From Eubacteriales bacterium (GTDB taxonomy: Bacteria; Bacillota; Clostridia; Oscillospirales; JAAYXM01): DNA of 39,848 nucleotides. The notes under the pieces are model-generated. The model was given only the letters and a program-made list of their open reading frames with translations, was not told the DNA's origin and made no database searches. The position numbers and the translations under genes were made by a program. The stretch is taken from contig JAZQIE010000134.1 in assembly GCA_045540975.1 (NCBI GenBank), forward strand, positions 1 through 39,848, written 5' to 3'. Shown piece after piece: positions 1-8,311 of this stretch (positions are counted from its first letter, which is position 1; every line of letters begins with the position of its first letter).

Positions 1-2
1 AA

Positions 3-194
3 TCCACAAAAATTGAGTGGTTAAAACCCGTCTATGCCGATGATATCCTCAGCGGGGTCTGCACGGTTTCGAACCTAACACGCCGAAATGCAAAAAACGG
101 AATTGTTGAGTTGACAATCAAAGTTTACAACCAAAACTCTGTTCTCGTTTTGACAAATGTTACGGAAATGATTGTGAAATGCAGACAATCTTAA
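3..194 (+). CDS. MaoC-like (hot-dog fold) dehydratase, C-terminal fragment; 5' end lies outside the window
   Basis: Frame 3 is open from the window edge to TAA at 192-194. The translation STKIEWLKPVYADDILSGVCTVSNLTRRNAKNGIVELTIKVYNQNSVLVLTNVTEMIVKCRQS fits the C-terminal strand pattern of MaoC/R-hydratase hot-dog proteins (KPVyaGDtl ... v.NQ.g..V). A hairpin terminator follows. Confidence 0.55.
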   Translation, partial: STKIEWLKPVYADDILSGVCTVSNLTRRNAKNGIVELTIKVYNQNSVLVLTNVTEMIVKCRQS

Positions 195-205
195 GTATAT
201 TGCAG

Positions 206-239
206 AAAGAAACCACCGGTTTGACCGGTGGTTTCTTTT
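206..239. terminator. Bidirectional intrinsic terminator between convergent genes
   Basis: Stem GAAACCACCGG (209-219), loop TTTGA, stem CCGGTGGTTTC (225-235). It is flanked by an A-run and a T-run and sits between the MaoC-like stop (194) and the ferredoxin-gene stop (238). Confidence 0.75.
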
Positions 240-924
240 AGTTTTCCAGGATTCTCCCATCGGTTGAAATTGTAACAACACGCCATGGAATCAGCTTACC
301 GCTTGCCTGCAAAGCGCGTTTTGCCGCAAGTTCTATTCCGCCGCAGCAAGGCACTTCCATGCGCACGATTGTGATGCTTTGGATGTTGTTGCCTGCAATA
401 ATCTGTGTGAGTTTCTCGCTGTAATCACCCTCATCCAATTTCGGGCACCCGATTAACGTAACATGATTTCGGATGAATTCTTGATGGAAGTTTCCATAGG
501 CAAATGCGGTGCAATCCGCCGCTATCAAAAGGTTTGCCCCATCAAAATACGGAGCATAAATCGGTACAAGTTTGATTTGAACCGGCCACTGAGTGAGTTG
601 GCTCTCAACACATACTGACTGTTTGCTCGCATCTCGCTTGATGGCACGTGCAGCTGTACCCGGACATCCGCATGGGAGCGGCTTTTTCTCTTTTTTTGCC
701 GCAAGCACCGCAGCCTCGTCATATGCAGGTGCTTCGCGTTCTTCAAATGAAATCGCATTGGTCGGGCAGGTCGGCAAACAATCCCCCAACCCGTCGCAGT
801 AGTCCTCACGCGTGAGTTTTGCCTTTCCGTTTATCATCTCAATCGCGCCTTCGTGACAAGTGGTCGCGCACGCTCCGCATCCGTTGCATTTTTCTTCATC
901 AATTTTGATTATTTTACGAATCAT
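238..924 (-). CDS. 4Fe-4S dicluster domain-containing protein (ferredoxin-like, with a Cys-rich C-terminal domain)
   Basis: 228 aa ORF with an ATG start. It has two ferredoxin motifs, CNGCGACATTC and CDGLGDCLPTCP, plus further Cys pairs (CGCPG, VPCCGG). It is divergent from a Crp/Fnr regulator. Confidence 0.85.
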   Translation of the reverse strand: MIRKIIKIDEEKCNGCGACATTCHEGAIEMINGKAKLTREDYCDGLGDCLPTCPTNAISFEEREAPAYDEAAVLAAKKEKKPLPCGCPGTAARAIKRDASKQSVCVESQLTQWPVQIKLVPIYAPYFDGANLLIAADCTAFAYGNFHQEFIRNHVTLIGCPKLDEGDYSEKLTQIIAGNNIQSITIVRMEVPCCGGIELAAKRALQASGKLIPWRVVTISTDGRILEN

Positions 925-980
925 CGTTTCTCCCTCCTTGAATTTCCGATAATATTTTAGTATAATTCAAAAAGAATGTC

Positions 981-996
981 TGTTGAATTTTCAACA
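981..996. promoter_or_regulatory. Candidate Crp/Fnr-family operator (perfect 16-bp palindrome)
   Basis: TGTTGAATTTTCAACA has 7-bp perfectly complementary arms and a 2-bp centre. It lies in the 86-bp divergent spacer between the ferredoxin-like gene and the Crp/Fnr gene. It has the same length and TGT...ACA ends as CRP-type boxes. Confidence 0.45.
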
Positions 997-1010
997 AAAG
1001 GTGTGTTTTT

Positions 1011-1676
1011 ATGAGAAAATATTTGTCGGAAATAAAACGTTGCGCACTCTTTCGGGAAATCAACGAGCAAGAACTTTTGCCGTTGCTTTCCTGTTTGCAG
1101 GCAAAGATTCTTTCGTTCCAAAAGAAAGAGTTTCTGTTTTTGGAAGGAGATGCCGCGGACTTTATCGGCATTGTGCTTTCGGGCTCTGTCACAATCAGTC
1201 AGCAGGACTATTTCGGAAACCGAACCATTCTCGGAAGAGTCGGAGCCCATGAGTTATTCGGTGAATCGTTTTCCTGCGCGGGGGTCGACATTCTTCCTGT
1301 TGACGTTTCCGCGGATGATGCCGTCACAGTTCTCATTCTCTCTGCCGACCGCATGTTGCATCCTTGCGAGCATACCTGCTCCTTTCATCACTCCGTCATA
1401 TTTCACTTGATGCAAATAATGGCGCAAAAGAATCTGGCATTCCACCGAAAAATCCAAATCACATCCAAGCGCTCTACCAGAGAAAAACTGCTTGCATATC
1501 TGTTGAGCGAAGCAAAACGACAGCAGAGTCGTTCGTTTTCCATCCCGTTTAACCGCCAAGAACTCGCGGATTATCTCGTGGTTGACCGAAGCGGACTTTC
1601 CAATGAAATCAGCAAATTAAAAGAGGAAGGAATTCTTCTCTGTCACAAAAATCGATTCGAACTGCTTCCCTCTTGA
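1011..1676 (+). CDS. Crp/Fnr family transcriptional regulator
   Basis: 221 aa. N-terminal cNMP-binding-like beta-roll (LFREINEQELLPLL...FLFLEGDAADFIGIVLSGSV) and C-terminal HTH (FNRQELADYLVVDRSGLSNEISKLKEEG). SD AAGGTG at 998-1003. Confidence 0.9.
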   Translation: MRKYLSEIKRCALFREINEQELLPLLSCLQAKILSFQKKEFLFLEGDAADFIGIVLSGSVTISQQDYFGNRTILGRVGAHELFGESFSCAGVDILPVDVSADDAVTVLILSADRMLHPCEHTCSFHHSVIFHLMQIMAQKNLAFHRKIQITSKRSTREKLLAYLLSEAKRQQSRSFSIPFNRQELADYLVVDRSGLSNEISKLKEEGILLCHKNRFELLPS

Positions 1677-1720
1677 AATTTCGGCAAAATCTGTTATACT
1701 CATTGCTTGGAGTTGATATT

Positions 1721-2644
1721 ATGAAAAGTCAAAAAACAAAAGGAAATATGCTCCTTTTACTCACCGCTTTTATTTGGGGTGTGTCCTTCATTTCGCAAAG
1801 CAAGGGTGTGGAAACCGTCCCTCCCATCGCATTCAACGGTATCCGCAGTGTGTTGGGCGGTTTGGTTTTGCTTCCGGTCATCTTTTTCTTGGACAGCCAA
1901 AAGAAACGAAACGGGCAGCCTGTCCAAAAGATGGATCGAACCCTTTTGATTGCAGGCCTTGTCTGCGGCGTATTTCTCTGTCTTGCCTCAACGTTGCAGA
2001 CCATTGGGATGCTGGAAACAAGTCCCGGAAAAGCAGGCTTTATCACCGCGCTTTATATGGTCATCGTTCCCATCATCGGTTTGTTCATGGGAAAGCGCCC
2101 GCGTCCTATCATTTTACTATCGGTTCTTGTAGCGGTTGCCGGTTTGTATTTCATGTGCATTACACCGGGTGAACTTTCTCTCAACACAGGTGATTTATGG
2201 GTATTCTGCTGTGCATTCATTTTTTCGGGTCACATTCTCGCAATCGACCACTTCTCTCCGAAAGTTGACGGAGTAAAACTCGCGTGTCTGCAATTCTTCG
2301 TCTGCGGTATCATCAATCTGATTTGGATGTGCTTTGACGAAATCCCCTCGTTCTCCACCGTAATGAATGCTTGGATGTCAATCGGCTATTCCGGTGTGCT
2401 TTCCTGCGGCGTTGCTTATACCCTGCAAATTGTTGGTCAGAAATATACCGACCCCACCTCCGCATCCATCTTAATGAGTTTGGAGTCTGTATTTGCAACA
2501 CTTGCCACGGTTGTCCTGATTGCTCTCGGCTGGAATCTTACCGGCGGTGCCATGACCATTCGTGAAATCGCAGGCTGCGTGCTCATGTTCGTAGCGATTG
2601 TTTTGGTCCAGCTTCCCGAGCGACAAAAAGCCACCCAATATTGA
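1721..2644 (+). CDS. DMT (EamA-like) family transporter
   Basis: The ORF-track ORF is 1673-2644. I place the start at ATG 1721 (MKSQKTKGNMLLLL), preceded by GGAG. It has about 10 hydrophobic spans in two EamA-like halves. Confidence 0.8.
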   Translation: MKSQKTKGNMLLLLTAFIWGVSFISQSKGVETVPPIAFNGIRSVLGGLVLLPVIFFLDSQKKRNGQPVQKMDRTLLIAGLVCGVFLCLASTLQTIGMLETSPGKAGFITALYMVIVPIIGLFMGKRPRPIILLSVLVAVAGLYFMCITPGELSLNTGDLWVFCCAFIFSGHILAIDHFSPKVDGVKLACLQFFVCGIINLIWMCFDEIPSFSTVMNAWMSIGYSGVLSCGVAYTLQIVGQKYTDPTSASILMSLESVFATLATVVLIALGWNLTGGAMTIREIAGCVLMFVAIVLVQLPERQKATQY

Positions 2645-2709
2645 CTTTTTTCTACAAATATGGTATGATAAAAACCGCATTTCAAAAAAATATTTTGGGG
2701 GTAAAACAC

Positions 2710-4326
2710 ATGAAATCTCGTAGCAAGAAACTTGTTACAGCAGTCGTCGCAGCCCTGCTTCTTGTGATTGTCACAACCATCACCGCAGCAGCAACCGGCG
2801 ACAGCGCAGCCACCACCGGCTATATCGGTACCTTCTGGGCACTGATTCCGCCGCTGGTTGCAATCGCACTCGCGCTCATCACCAAAGAAGTTTATTCCTC
2901 GCTCTTTATCGGTATCGTTCTCGGCGGTCTGCTTGCCGCGAATTGGAAACCGGTCGGTGCTTTGGACTACGTCTTAAATGACGGTCTGATTGCCGCAGTT
3001 TCCGGCACCGCAGGTATCTTCATTTTCTTGGTCATCCTCGGCGCAATCGTCGCTTTAATCAACAAAGCAGGCGGCTCCGCAGCATTTGGCCGTTGGGCCG
3101 AAAAAAACATCAAGTCCCGTGTTGGTGCAATGTTTGCAACCTTCGTTTTGGGTATCTTGATTTTCATTGACGACTACTTCAACTGCCTCACCGTCGGTAG
3201 TGTTATGCGTCCGGTCACCGATGCTCACCGCATCTCCCGTGCGAAGTTCGCATACCTCATTGATGCTACCGCAGCTCCGATTTGCATGATTGCTCCGGTT
3301 TCTTCTTGGGCAGCTGCAGTTGCGGAGTTCACCGAAGGTACCGGTTACTCCGGAATCGAGCTCTTTATCCGTGCAATTCCGTATAACTTCTATTCGCTTC
3401 TCACCTTGGTCTTTATCATCGCAATCACTCTCATGAAGTTTGATTACGGTCCCATGAAGCTTCATGAACTCAATGCAATGACCAAAGGCGACCTCTTCAC
3501 CTCGGGTCAGGATGATGTTGAAACCGCAGAATCCGTCGAAGCAAATCCGAAGGGTCGCGTAATCGACCTGATTCTCCCGGTCATCGTTTTGGTTGTCCTG
3601 AGCGTTATCGGTCTTATCTATGTCGGCGGATACTTCTCCGGCAGCGACTTTATCACCGCGTTCGGCAACACCGATGCAACCGTCGGTCTCCCGTGGGGTG
3701 CTTTGATTGCATTGGTCCTCACCATCATCTATCTGGTTGCACGCCGTGTTGTCACCTTCAAGGAAGCAATGGCTTGCATTCCGCGCGGCTTTAACGCAAT
3801 GGTCCCGGCAATCATGATTCTTACCTTTGCAACCGCATTGAAGAACATGACCGGTCTTTTGGATGCGGCAGGTTATGTGGAAGGTCTCATGAACTCCGCA
3901 GCTGCAGGTTTTGCAAACTTCTTGCCTGCAATCATCTTCTTGGTTGCTTGTGTTCTTGCGTTCTCCACCGGTACTTCCTGGGGCACCTTCGGTATCCTGA
4001 TTCCGATCGTTACCAGCATCTTTGCACCGACCAGCCCGTTCCTCGTCATTGGTGTTTCCGCTTGTCTTGCAGGTGCTGTCTGCGGTGACCACTGCTCCCC
4101 GATTTCCGACACCACCATCATGTCCTCGGCGGGCAGTCAGTCCAACCACCTCAACCATGTATCAACTCAGCTTCCGTATGCGATTACGGTTGCACTCATT
4201 TCGTTTGTTACCTATCTCTTGTCTGCATTCATTCAGAACGCATACATCCTTTTAGGTTTCGGCGTGGTTGTGACCGTTCTCACACTCTTTGTCATCAAGA
4301 CGCTGACTTCAAAGAAATCCGCATAA
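2710..4326 (+). CDS. Na+/H+ antiporter NhaC family protein
   Basis: ORF is 2641-4326. The start is placed at ATG 2710 (MKSRSKKLV), preceded by GGGGGT. It is polytopic, with NhaC-family blocks such as IFIDDYFNCLTVGSVMRPVTD and CGDHCSPISDTTI. Confidence 0.8.
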   Translation: MKSRSKKLVTAVVAALLLVIVTTITAAATGDSAATTGYIGTFWALIPPLVAIALALITKEVYSSLFIGIVLGGLLAANWKPVGALDYVLNDGLIAAVSGTAGIFIFLVILGAIVALINKAGGSAAFGRWAEKNIKSRVGAMFATFVLGILIFIDDYFNCLTVGSVMRPVTDAHRISRAKFAYLIDATAAPICMIAPVSSWAAAVAEFTEGTGYSGIELFIRAIPYNFYSLLTLVFIIAITLMKFDYGPMKLHELNAMTKGDLFTSGQDDVETAESVEANPKGRVIDLILPVIVLVVLSVIGLIYVGGYFSGSDFITAFGNTDATVGLPWGALIALVLTIIYLVARRVVTFKEAMACIPRGFNAMVPAIMILTFATALKNMTGLLDAAGYVEGLMNSAAAGFANFLPAIIFLVACVLAFSTGTSWGTFGILIPIVTSIFAPTSPFLVIGVSACLAGAVCGDHCSPISDTTIMSSAGSQSNHLNHVSTQLPYAITVALISFVTYLLSAFIQNAYILLGFGVVVTVLTLFVIKTLTSKKSA

Positions 4327-4337
4327 TGAATTCCAAA

Positions 4338-4374
4338 AGCACCGAAATCCAAAACGGATTTCGGTGCTTTTTTC
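4338..4374 (+). terminator. Intrinsic terminator after the nhaC-family gene
   Basis: Stem AGCACCGAAATCC (4338-4350), loop AAAAC, stem GGATTTCGGTGCT (4356-4368), followed by a T-run. Confidence 0.85.
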
Positions 4375-4428
4375 TTGCACAAAGCGAAACTTTCCGTTAT
4401 AATAATACAAAAGATTGGAGGTAACCGT

Positions 4429-4857
4429 ATGAGTAATGCAAAAAAAGAATTGATTCGCTCCATTAAATTTACTCTGTTTTCCATCAGCGCAGGTATCATC
4501 CAGATCCTGAGTTTTACTGTTTTTGAGGAAGTGCTTCACCTTTACCACTGGCTTGGATATCTGCTTGCATTGATTCTGTCTGTGGTCTGGAACTTCACAC
4601 TTAACCGCAAATTCACATTCCATTCCGCCAACAATATTCCGATTGCTATGGCGAAGGTTGCGGGATTCTATCTGGTTTTCACTCCCCTGTCCACTTGGTG
4701 GACCGCGGTTTTGACCGACACCGTCGGCTGGAACGAATACCTTGTCGTAATCCTGACCATGTTGGTCAATTTTATCACCGAGTTCTTATTTGACCGCTTC
4801 TGTGTATTTGGAGCAAGCATCGACACCGCAAAGAAAAAGGAGTCCTCTGATGAATAA
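4429..4857 (+). CDS. GtrA family membrane protein
   Basis: ORF is 4375-4857. The start is placed at ATG 4429, after GGAGGT. It has four TM spans and the GtrA-type motif WNFTLNRKFTF. Confidence 0.8.
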   Translation: MSNAKKELIRSIKFTLFSISAGIIQILSFTVFEEVLHLYHWLGYLLALILSVVWNFTLNRKFTFHSANNIPIAMAKVAGFYLVFTPLSTWWTAVLTDTVGWNEYLVVILTMLVNFITEFLFDRFCVFGASIDTAKKKESSDE

Positions 4858-5374
4858 TATTCGTAAAATTATAGGAATTTTCGCGGGAATCGGTTTGATC
4901 GTTTGCATCATCTTCGCGGCAAGCCGCACAGCAAATGGAAAATTTGACGGCGGTACAAAAGAAAGCCGTGAAGCGATTCTCTCCTCAGGCGGCACCAACC
5001 AATCCTGGAGTATTCTGTTTGAAACGGAAGTTGAAGGATATCTTGCTTGCGCGATTGCATATGAAGATGAGCGCGGAATTGCGATTTTCGAGCCGTTGAA
5101 AAACGGAAACTACGGCTATGTTACTCGGATTTTACGGGAAGGCAGTGAAATTGTTTCCCTCCCCGTTCATTTAAAGGATAATTACTACCTTTTGATTTAC
5201 GCCGATATCCCAAATCCCGACTATGCTGAGGTCACGTTCACGGTGGAGGAAGAAGCGCAAACTCCAATCCGCTTGGATGCAGCAAGCGGCGGCGTTCTCT
5301 TCGCGGAACTCCCTTCAACCGAGTTTGAAGCAGACATTCGCTACTATGACCGAAGCGGAACCCTCTATCAATAA
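4850..5374 (+). CDS. Hypothetical membrane-anchored protein, translationally coupled to the GtrA-family gene
   Basis: ORF is 4790-5374. The start is placed at ATG 4850 (MNNIRKIIGIFAGIGLIVCIIFA), with AAGGAG upstream, overlapping the gtrA-family stop by 8 nt. It has one N-terminal TM helix and then a soluble domain of about 145 aa. I recognise no family. Confidence 0.55.
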   Translation: MNNIRKIIGIFAGIGLIVCIIFAASRTANGKFDGGTKESREAILSSGGTNQSWSILFETEVEGYLACAIAYEDERGIAIFEPLKNGNYGYVTRILREGSEIVSLPVHLKDNYYLLIYADIPNPDYAEVTFTVEEEAQTPIRLDAASGGVLFAELPSTEFEADIRYYDRSGTLYQ

Positions 5375-5377
5375 TAA

Positions 5378-5413
5378 AGAACGCATCTTGCAAATACAAG
5401 ATGCGTTCTTTTT
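5378..5413. terminator. Bidirectional intrinsic terminator
   Basis: Stem AGAACGCATCTTG (5378-5390), loop CAAATA, stem CAAGATGCGTTCT (5397-5409). T-rich on both sides. It lies between the convergent hypothetical gene and trkH. Confidence 0.85.
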
Positions 5414-5428
5414 ATCATGATTGTTTTC

Positions 5429-6871
5429 CTATCTTCTTTTCCAAATCGACGGTGCGAACAAGACCAAAACGGGCATAATTTCCAATCTTCCCGCAAGCAT
5501 GTTAAAAGACAGCAGGATTTTGCCAAAGTTCGAAAAACCGGCAAAATTCGACAACGGACCAATCTCTCCCAAACCAGGTCCGACATTGTTGATGGTCGTT
5601 ACAACCGCAGAGAATGTAGTTTGGAATGTGTACTCCTCAAGTGAAAGTAATAAAGTTGAACCAAACAACAGCAGAATATAAACCACAAAAAAGCCCATCA
5701 AGGCATTTTTGGTTTCGTTGGTAACACGCTCTCCTTCAAACCGAACAGTACCGATGCTGCGCGGTTGATGCATTCTTCGTACCTCATTGCGGGCAAATTT
5801 TCCGAGCATAACAACACGAGCTACCTTGATGCCGCCGCCGGTAGATCCTGCACAAGCACCAACCATCATCAAAAGCAACAGAATGCATTGTGAAAAAGCA
5901 GGCCAATTGGTAAAATCAACGGTAGAAAACCCGGTTGTTGTTATGATAGAAGCCACTTGGAAAAATGCGTGACGAAATGCGGTTGAAATCGACTCATACT
6001 GCGGAATCAAATTCAGCGTTATCAAACTGGTCGACAGAACAACAATGATGCCATACCATTTGAGTTCTTCACTGCGGATTGCACGAAGAACTTTTCCGCA
6101 AACAATAAAATAGAACAAGTTGAAATTGATACCAAACAGAAGCATAAATACAGTGATTACACCGTCAATGTATGCGCTGTTGTAATAGGCAATGCTGGTA
6201 TTCTTCATGCTGAATCCGCCGGTTCCGGCAGTACCGAAAGAATGCACCACACTGTCAAAAAACGGCATTCCGCCCGCAATTAACAGCACAATTTCAATCA
6301 AGGTCATTGCAATATAGATGCCGTAAAGGATTCGCGCGGTTAAGCGAACCTTGGAAACCAGTTTTCCCACACTCGGTCCGGGGACTTCCGCGCGCATCAA
6401 GTACATTTCACTGCTGCTGCTTTGCGGCAAAACCGCGAGCGCAAACACCAAAATACCCATTCCACCGATCCAATGAGTAAAACTACGCCAAAACAGCATT
6501 CCGTGAGACAATGCTTCGACATTTGTCAAAATGCTTGCACCGGTTGTGGTAAAACCCGAAACAGTTTCAAAAAATGCATCAATAAAACTCGGGATAGAAT
6601 TACTAATAACAAACGGAAGCGCACCAAACAAAGACAATATGATCCACGAAAGTGCCACAATGACAAATCCCTCACGCGCATACATTGTGCTGTTTTTCGG
6701 CTTACGGAATGCAAGCGCAGAGCCCACCAAAATTAAAAGCACTGCAGGAATCAAGAATGCAAGCCAAGTGTTCTCTCGGTAGATGAGCGAAACCAAAAGC
6801 GGTAACAGGAGCAAAATCCCTTCAATTCGCATCAGTTTCCCGATGATGTATCCAACCATTCGATAATTCAT
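5429..6871 (-). CDS. trkH: TrkH-family potassium uptake transporter
   Basis: ORF is 5429-7012. The start is placed at ATG 6871 (MNYRMVGYIIGKL), 13 nt after the trkA stop, with a GAGGG SD. It has four M1-P-M2 repeats with Gly-containing selectivity loops (FTTTGAS, GTAGTGGF, ITTTGFS, GSTGGGIKV). Confidence 0.9.
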   Translation of the reverse strand: MNYRMVGYIIGKLMRIEGILLLLPLLVSLIYRENTWLAFLIPAVLLILVGSALAFRKPKNSTMYAREGFVIVALSWIILSLFGALPFVISNSIPSFIDAFFETVSGFTTTGASILTNVEALSHGMLFWRSFTHWIGGMGILVFALAVLPQSSSSEMYLMRAEVPGPSVGKLVSKVRLTARILYGIYIAMTLIEIVLLIAGGMPFFDSVVHSFGTAGTGGFSMKNTSIAYYNSAYIDGVITVFMLLFGINFNLFYFIVCGKVLRAIRSEELKWYGIIVVLSTSLITLNLIPQYESISTAFRHAFFQVASIITTTGFSTVDFTNWPAFSQCILLLLMMVGACAGSTGGGIKVARVVMLGKFARNEVRRMHQPRSIGTVRFEGERVTNETKNALMGFFVVYILLLFGSTLLLSLEEYTFQTTFSAVVTTINNVGPGLGEIGPLSNFAGFSNFGKILLSFNMLAGRLEIMPVLVLFAPSIWKRR

Positions 6872-6884
6872 AGATCCCTCACAC

Positions 6885-8252
6885 TCAATGATACATTTCG
6901 ATGATATCTTCCAAGGTCTGTAAAATATGCTCCGCTGTGACAATGACCACGCTGTCTCCCGGCTGCATAGAGTCGCTACCACCCGGAATAATCGCGCGAC
7001 CTTTACGGACAATGCATGCCACCAAAAGGTGCGGCTTTAACTTTAACTCGCTGAGTGAAATACCGACAAACGGAGTATCCTCCGTAACACGGAATTCGAG
7101 CGCTTCCACTTTTTGGTCAACAAGTTTGCAAAGGGTTTCAACACTGTTAATATCAAACGAGTTTTGCATGGCTCGAACAAAACCGACAATGCGGTCCGCG
7201 GTAACATCCTTCGGAGAAACCGCACTGTCAATTCCAACATCGTCCAACATTTTGAGAAGCGACAAACGGTTGATTTTCGGAATCACCTTCTGCACGCGCA
7301 GACTCTGTGCATACATCGAGATGATGATATTCTCTTCGTCAATATCGGTGAGCGCCACACAAGCGTCGTACTCGGCAAGCCCTTCTTCATTTAAAAGCTC
7401 ATGTTCACTTCCGTCACCGTGAACAATTTCAACACGCGGAAGCATTTCGGAAAGTTGAATACAACGTTCTTCGTCTTTTTCGATAATCTTCACACGCATA
7501 CCGGATTTTGCCAAACGTCTTGCAAGGTAGTATCCGATTTTTCCGCCGCCGATGATAAGCGCAGAGCGGCTTTTCTCTTTGTAAATACCGATTTTTTTGA
7601 AAAACTCAGTAATCTCGCCCGGGTCACCCGTCAATGTGATGTGGTCTTCTTCATGCAGAACAAAGCTGCCGTTGGGGATGTATACCTCATCACCGCGCTG
7701 AACAACACAGACCAGAATTTTTGTTCCGTACTGTTTTCCGATTTCCTGCAAGGATTTCCCATGAACAGGGCTTCCCTGCGCGATTTTAATCTCAACAAGG
7801 TCAACGCGACCGCGTGCAAAGGATTCTATCTTAAGTGCAGACGGGAATCGCAGAATTCTGGAGATTTCCGACGCGGTCTCCATCTCGGGATTAACCGCCA
7901 TGGAAAGGCCGAGTTCTTCCTTCAAGAAAATCAACTGTTCGGAATACTCCGGATTGCGCACACGCGCAATGGTATTCTTTGCACCGATTTTTTTACCCAC
8001 CATGCAGCTGAGGATGTTGAGTTCATCGGAAGACGTTGCCGCAATCAAAAGATCCGCTTTATTCACTTTTGCTTCCATCTGGACCTTATAGCTTGCACCG
8101 TTACCGCTGATACCCAAAACATCGAAAGTGTTGACTGTTTCTTCAATGACCTTCGGATTGCGGTCAATGACAACGATATCATGCCCTTCTTGCGACAAAA
8201 TCCGTGTCAAAGTGTCACCGACTTTTCCGTCGCCGATAATCACAATTCTCAT
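6885..8252 (-). CDS. trkA: Trk system potassium uptake protein TrkA (tandem RCK domains)
   Basis: 455 aa. Two Rossmann RCK_N motifs (MRIVIIGDGKVG and ALIIGGGKIGYYLA), each followed by an RCK_C. SD GGGAGTG. It lies directly upstream of trkH. Confidence 0.92.
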   Translation of the reverse strand: MRIVIIGDGKVGDTLTRILSQEGHDIVVIDRNPKVIEETVNTFDVLGISGNGASYKVQMEAKVNKADLLIAATSSDELNILSCMVGKKIGAKNTIARVRNPEYSEQLIFLKEELGLSMAVNPEMETASEISRILRFPSALKIESFARGRVDLVEIKIAQGSPVHGKSLQEIGKQYGTKILVCVVQRGDEVYIPNGSFVLHEEDHITLTGDPGEITEFFKKIGIYKEKSRSALIIGGGKIGYYLARRLAKSGMRVKIIEKDEERCIQLSEMLPRVEIVHGDGSEHELLNEEGLAEYDACVALTDIDEENIIISMYAQSLRVQKVIPKINRLSLLKMLDDVGIDSAVSPKDVTADRIVGFVRAMQNSFDINSVETLCKLVDQKVEALEFRVTEDTPFVGISLSELKLKPHLLVACIVRKGRAIIPGGSDSMQPGDSVVIVTAEHILQTLEDIIEMYH

Positions 8253-8282
8253 AGTTTCACTCCCGTCTACATGGTAGAGTTT

Positions 8283-8311
8283 ATTATACGCTTATTCTTT
8301 TTCGAAATCAA
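8283..8311 (-). promoter_or_regulatory. Candidate sigma-A promoter for trkA-trkH
   Basis: On the minus strand: TTGATT (8311-8306), a 17-nt spacer, then TATAAT (8288-8283), about 30 nt upstream of the trkA ATG. It overlaps the stop of the upstream NAT gene. Confidence 0.4.

Noticed and set aside
6872-7012. Upstream extensions of ORF-track ORFs: trkH to 7012, queA to 30951, the SpoIID-domain gene to 32590, NAT to 9093, the DMT gene from 1673, the nhaC-family gene from 2641, the gtrA-family gene from 4375, and tcdA from 18986.
   Set aside because: In each case the extension overlaps the neighbouring gene or a terminator and lacks an SD. An internal ATG with a good SD gives the family-typical N-terminus.
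8253-8307. An expected c-di-AMP (ydaO-type) riboswitch upstream of the K+ uptake genes trkA-trkH.
   Set aside because: The spacer is only 55 nt and is fully accounted for by a promoter-like TTGATT-N17-TATAAT plus SD. There is no room for an aptamer.
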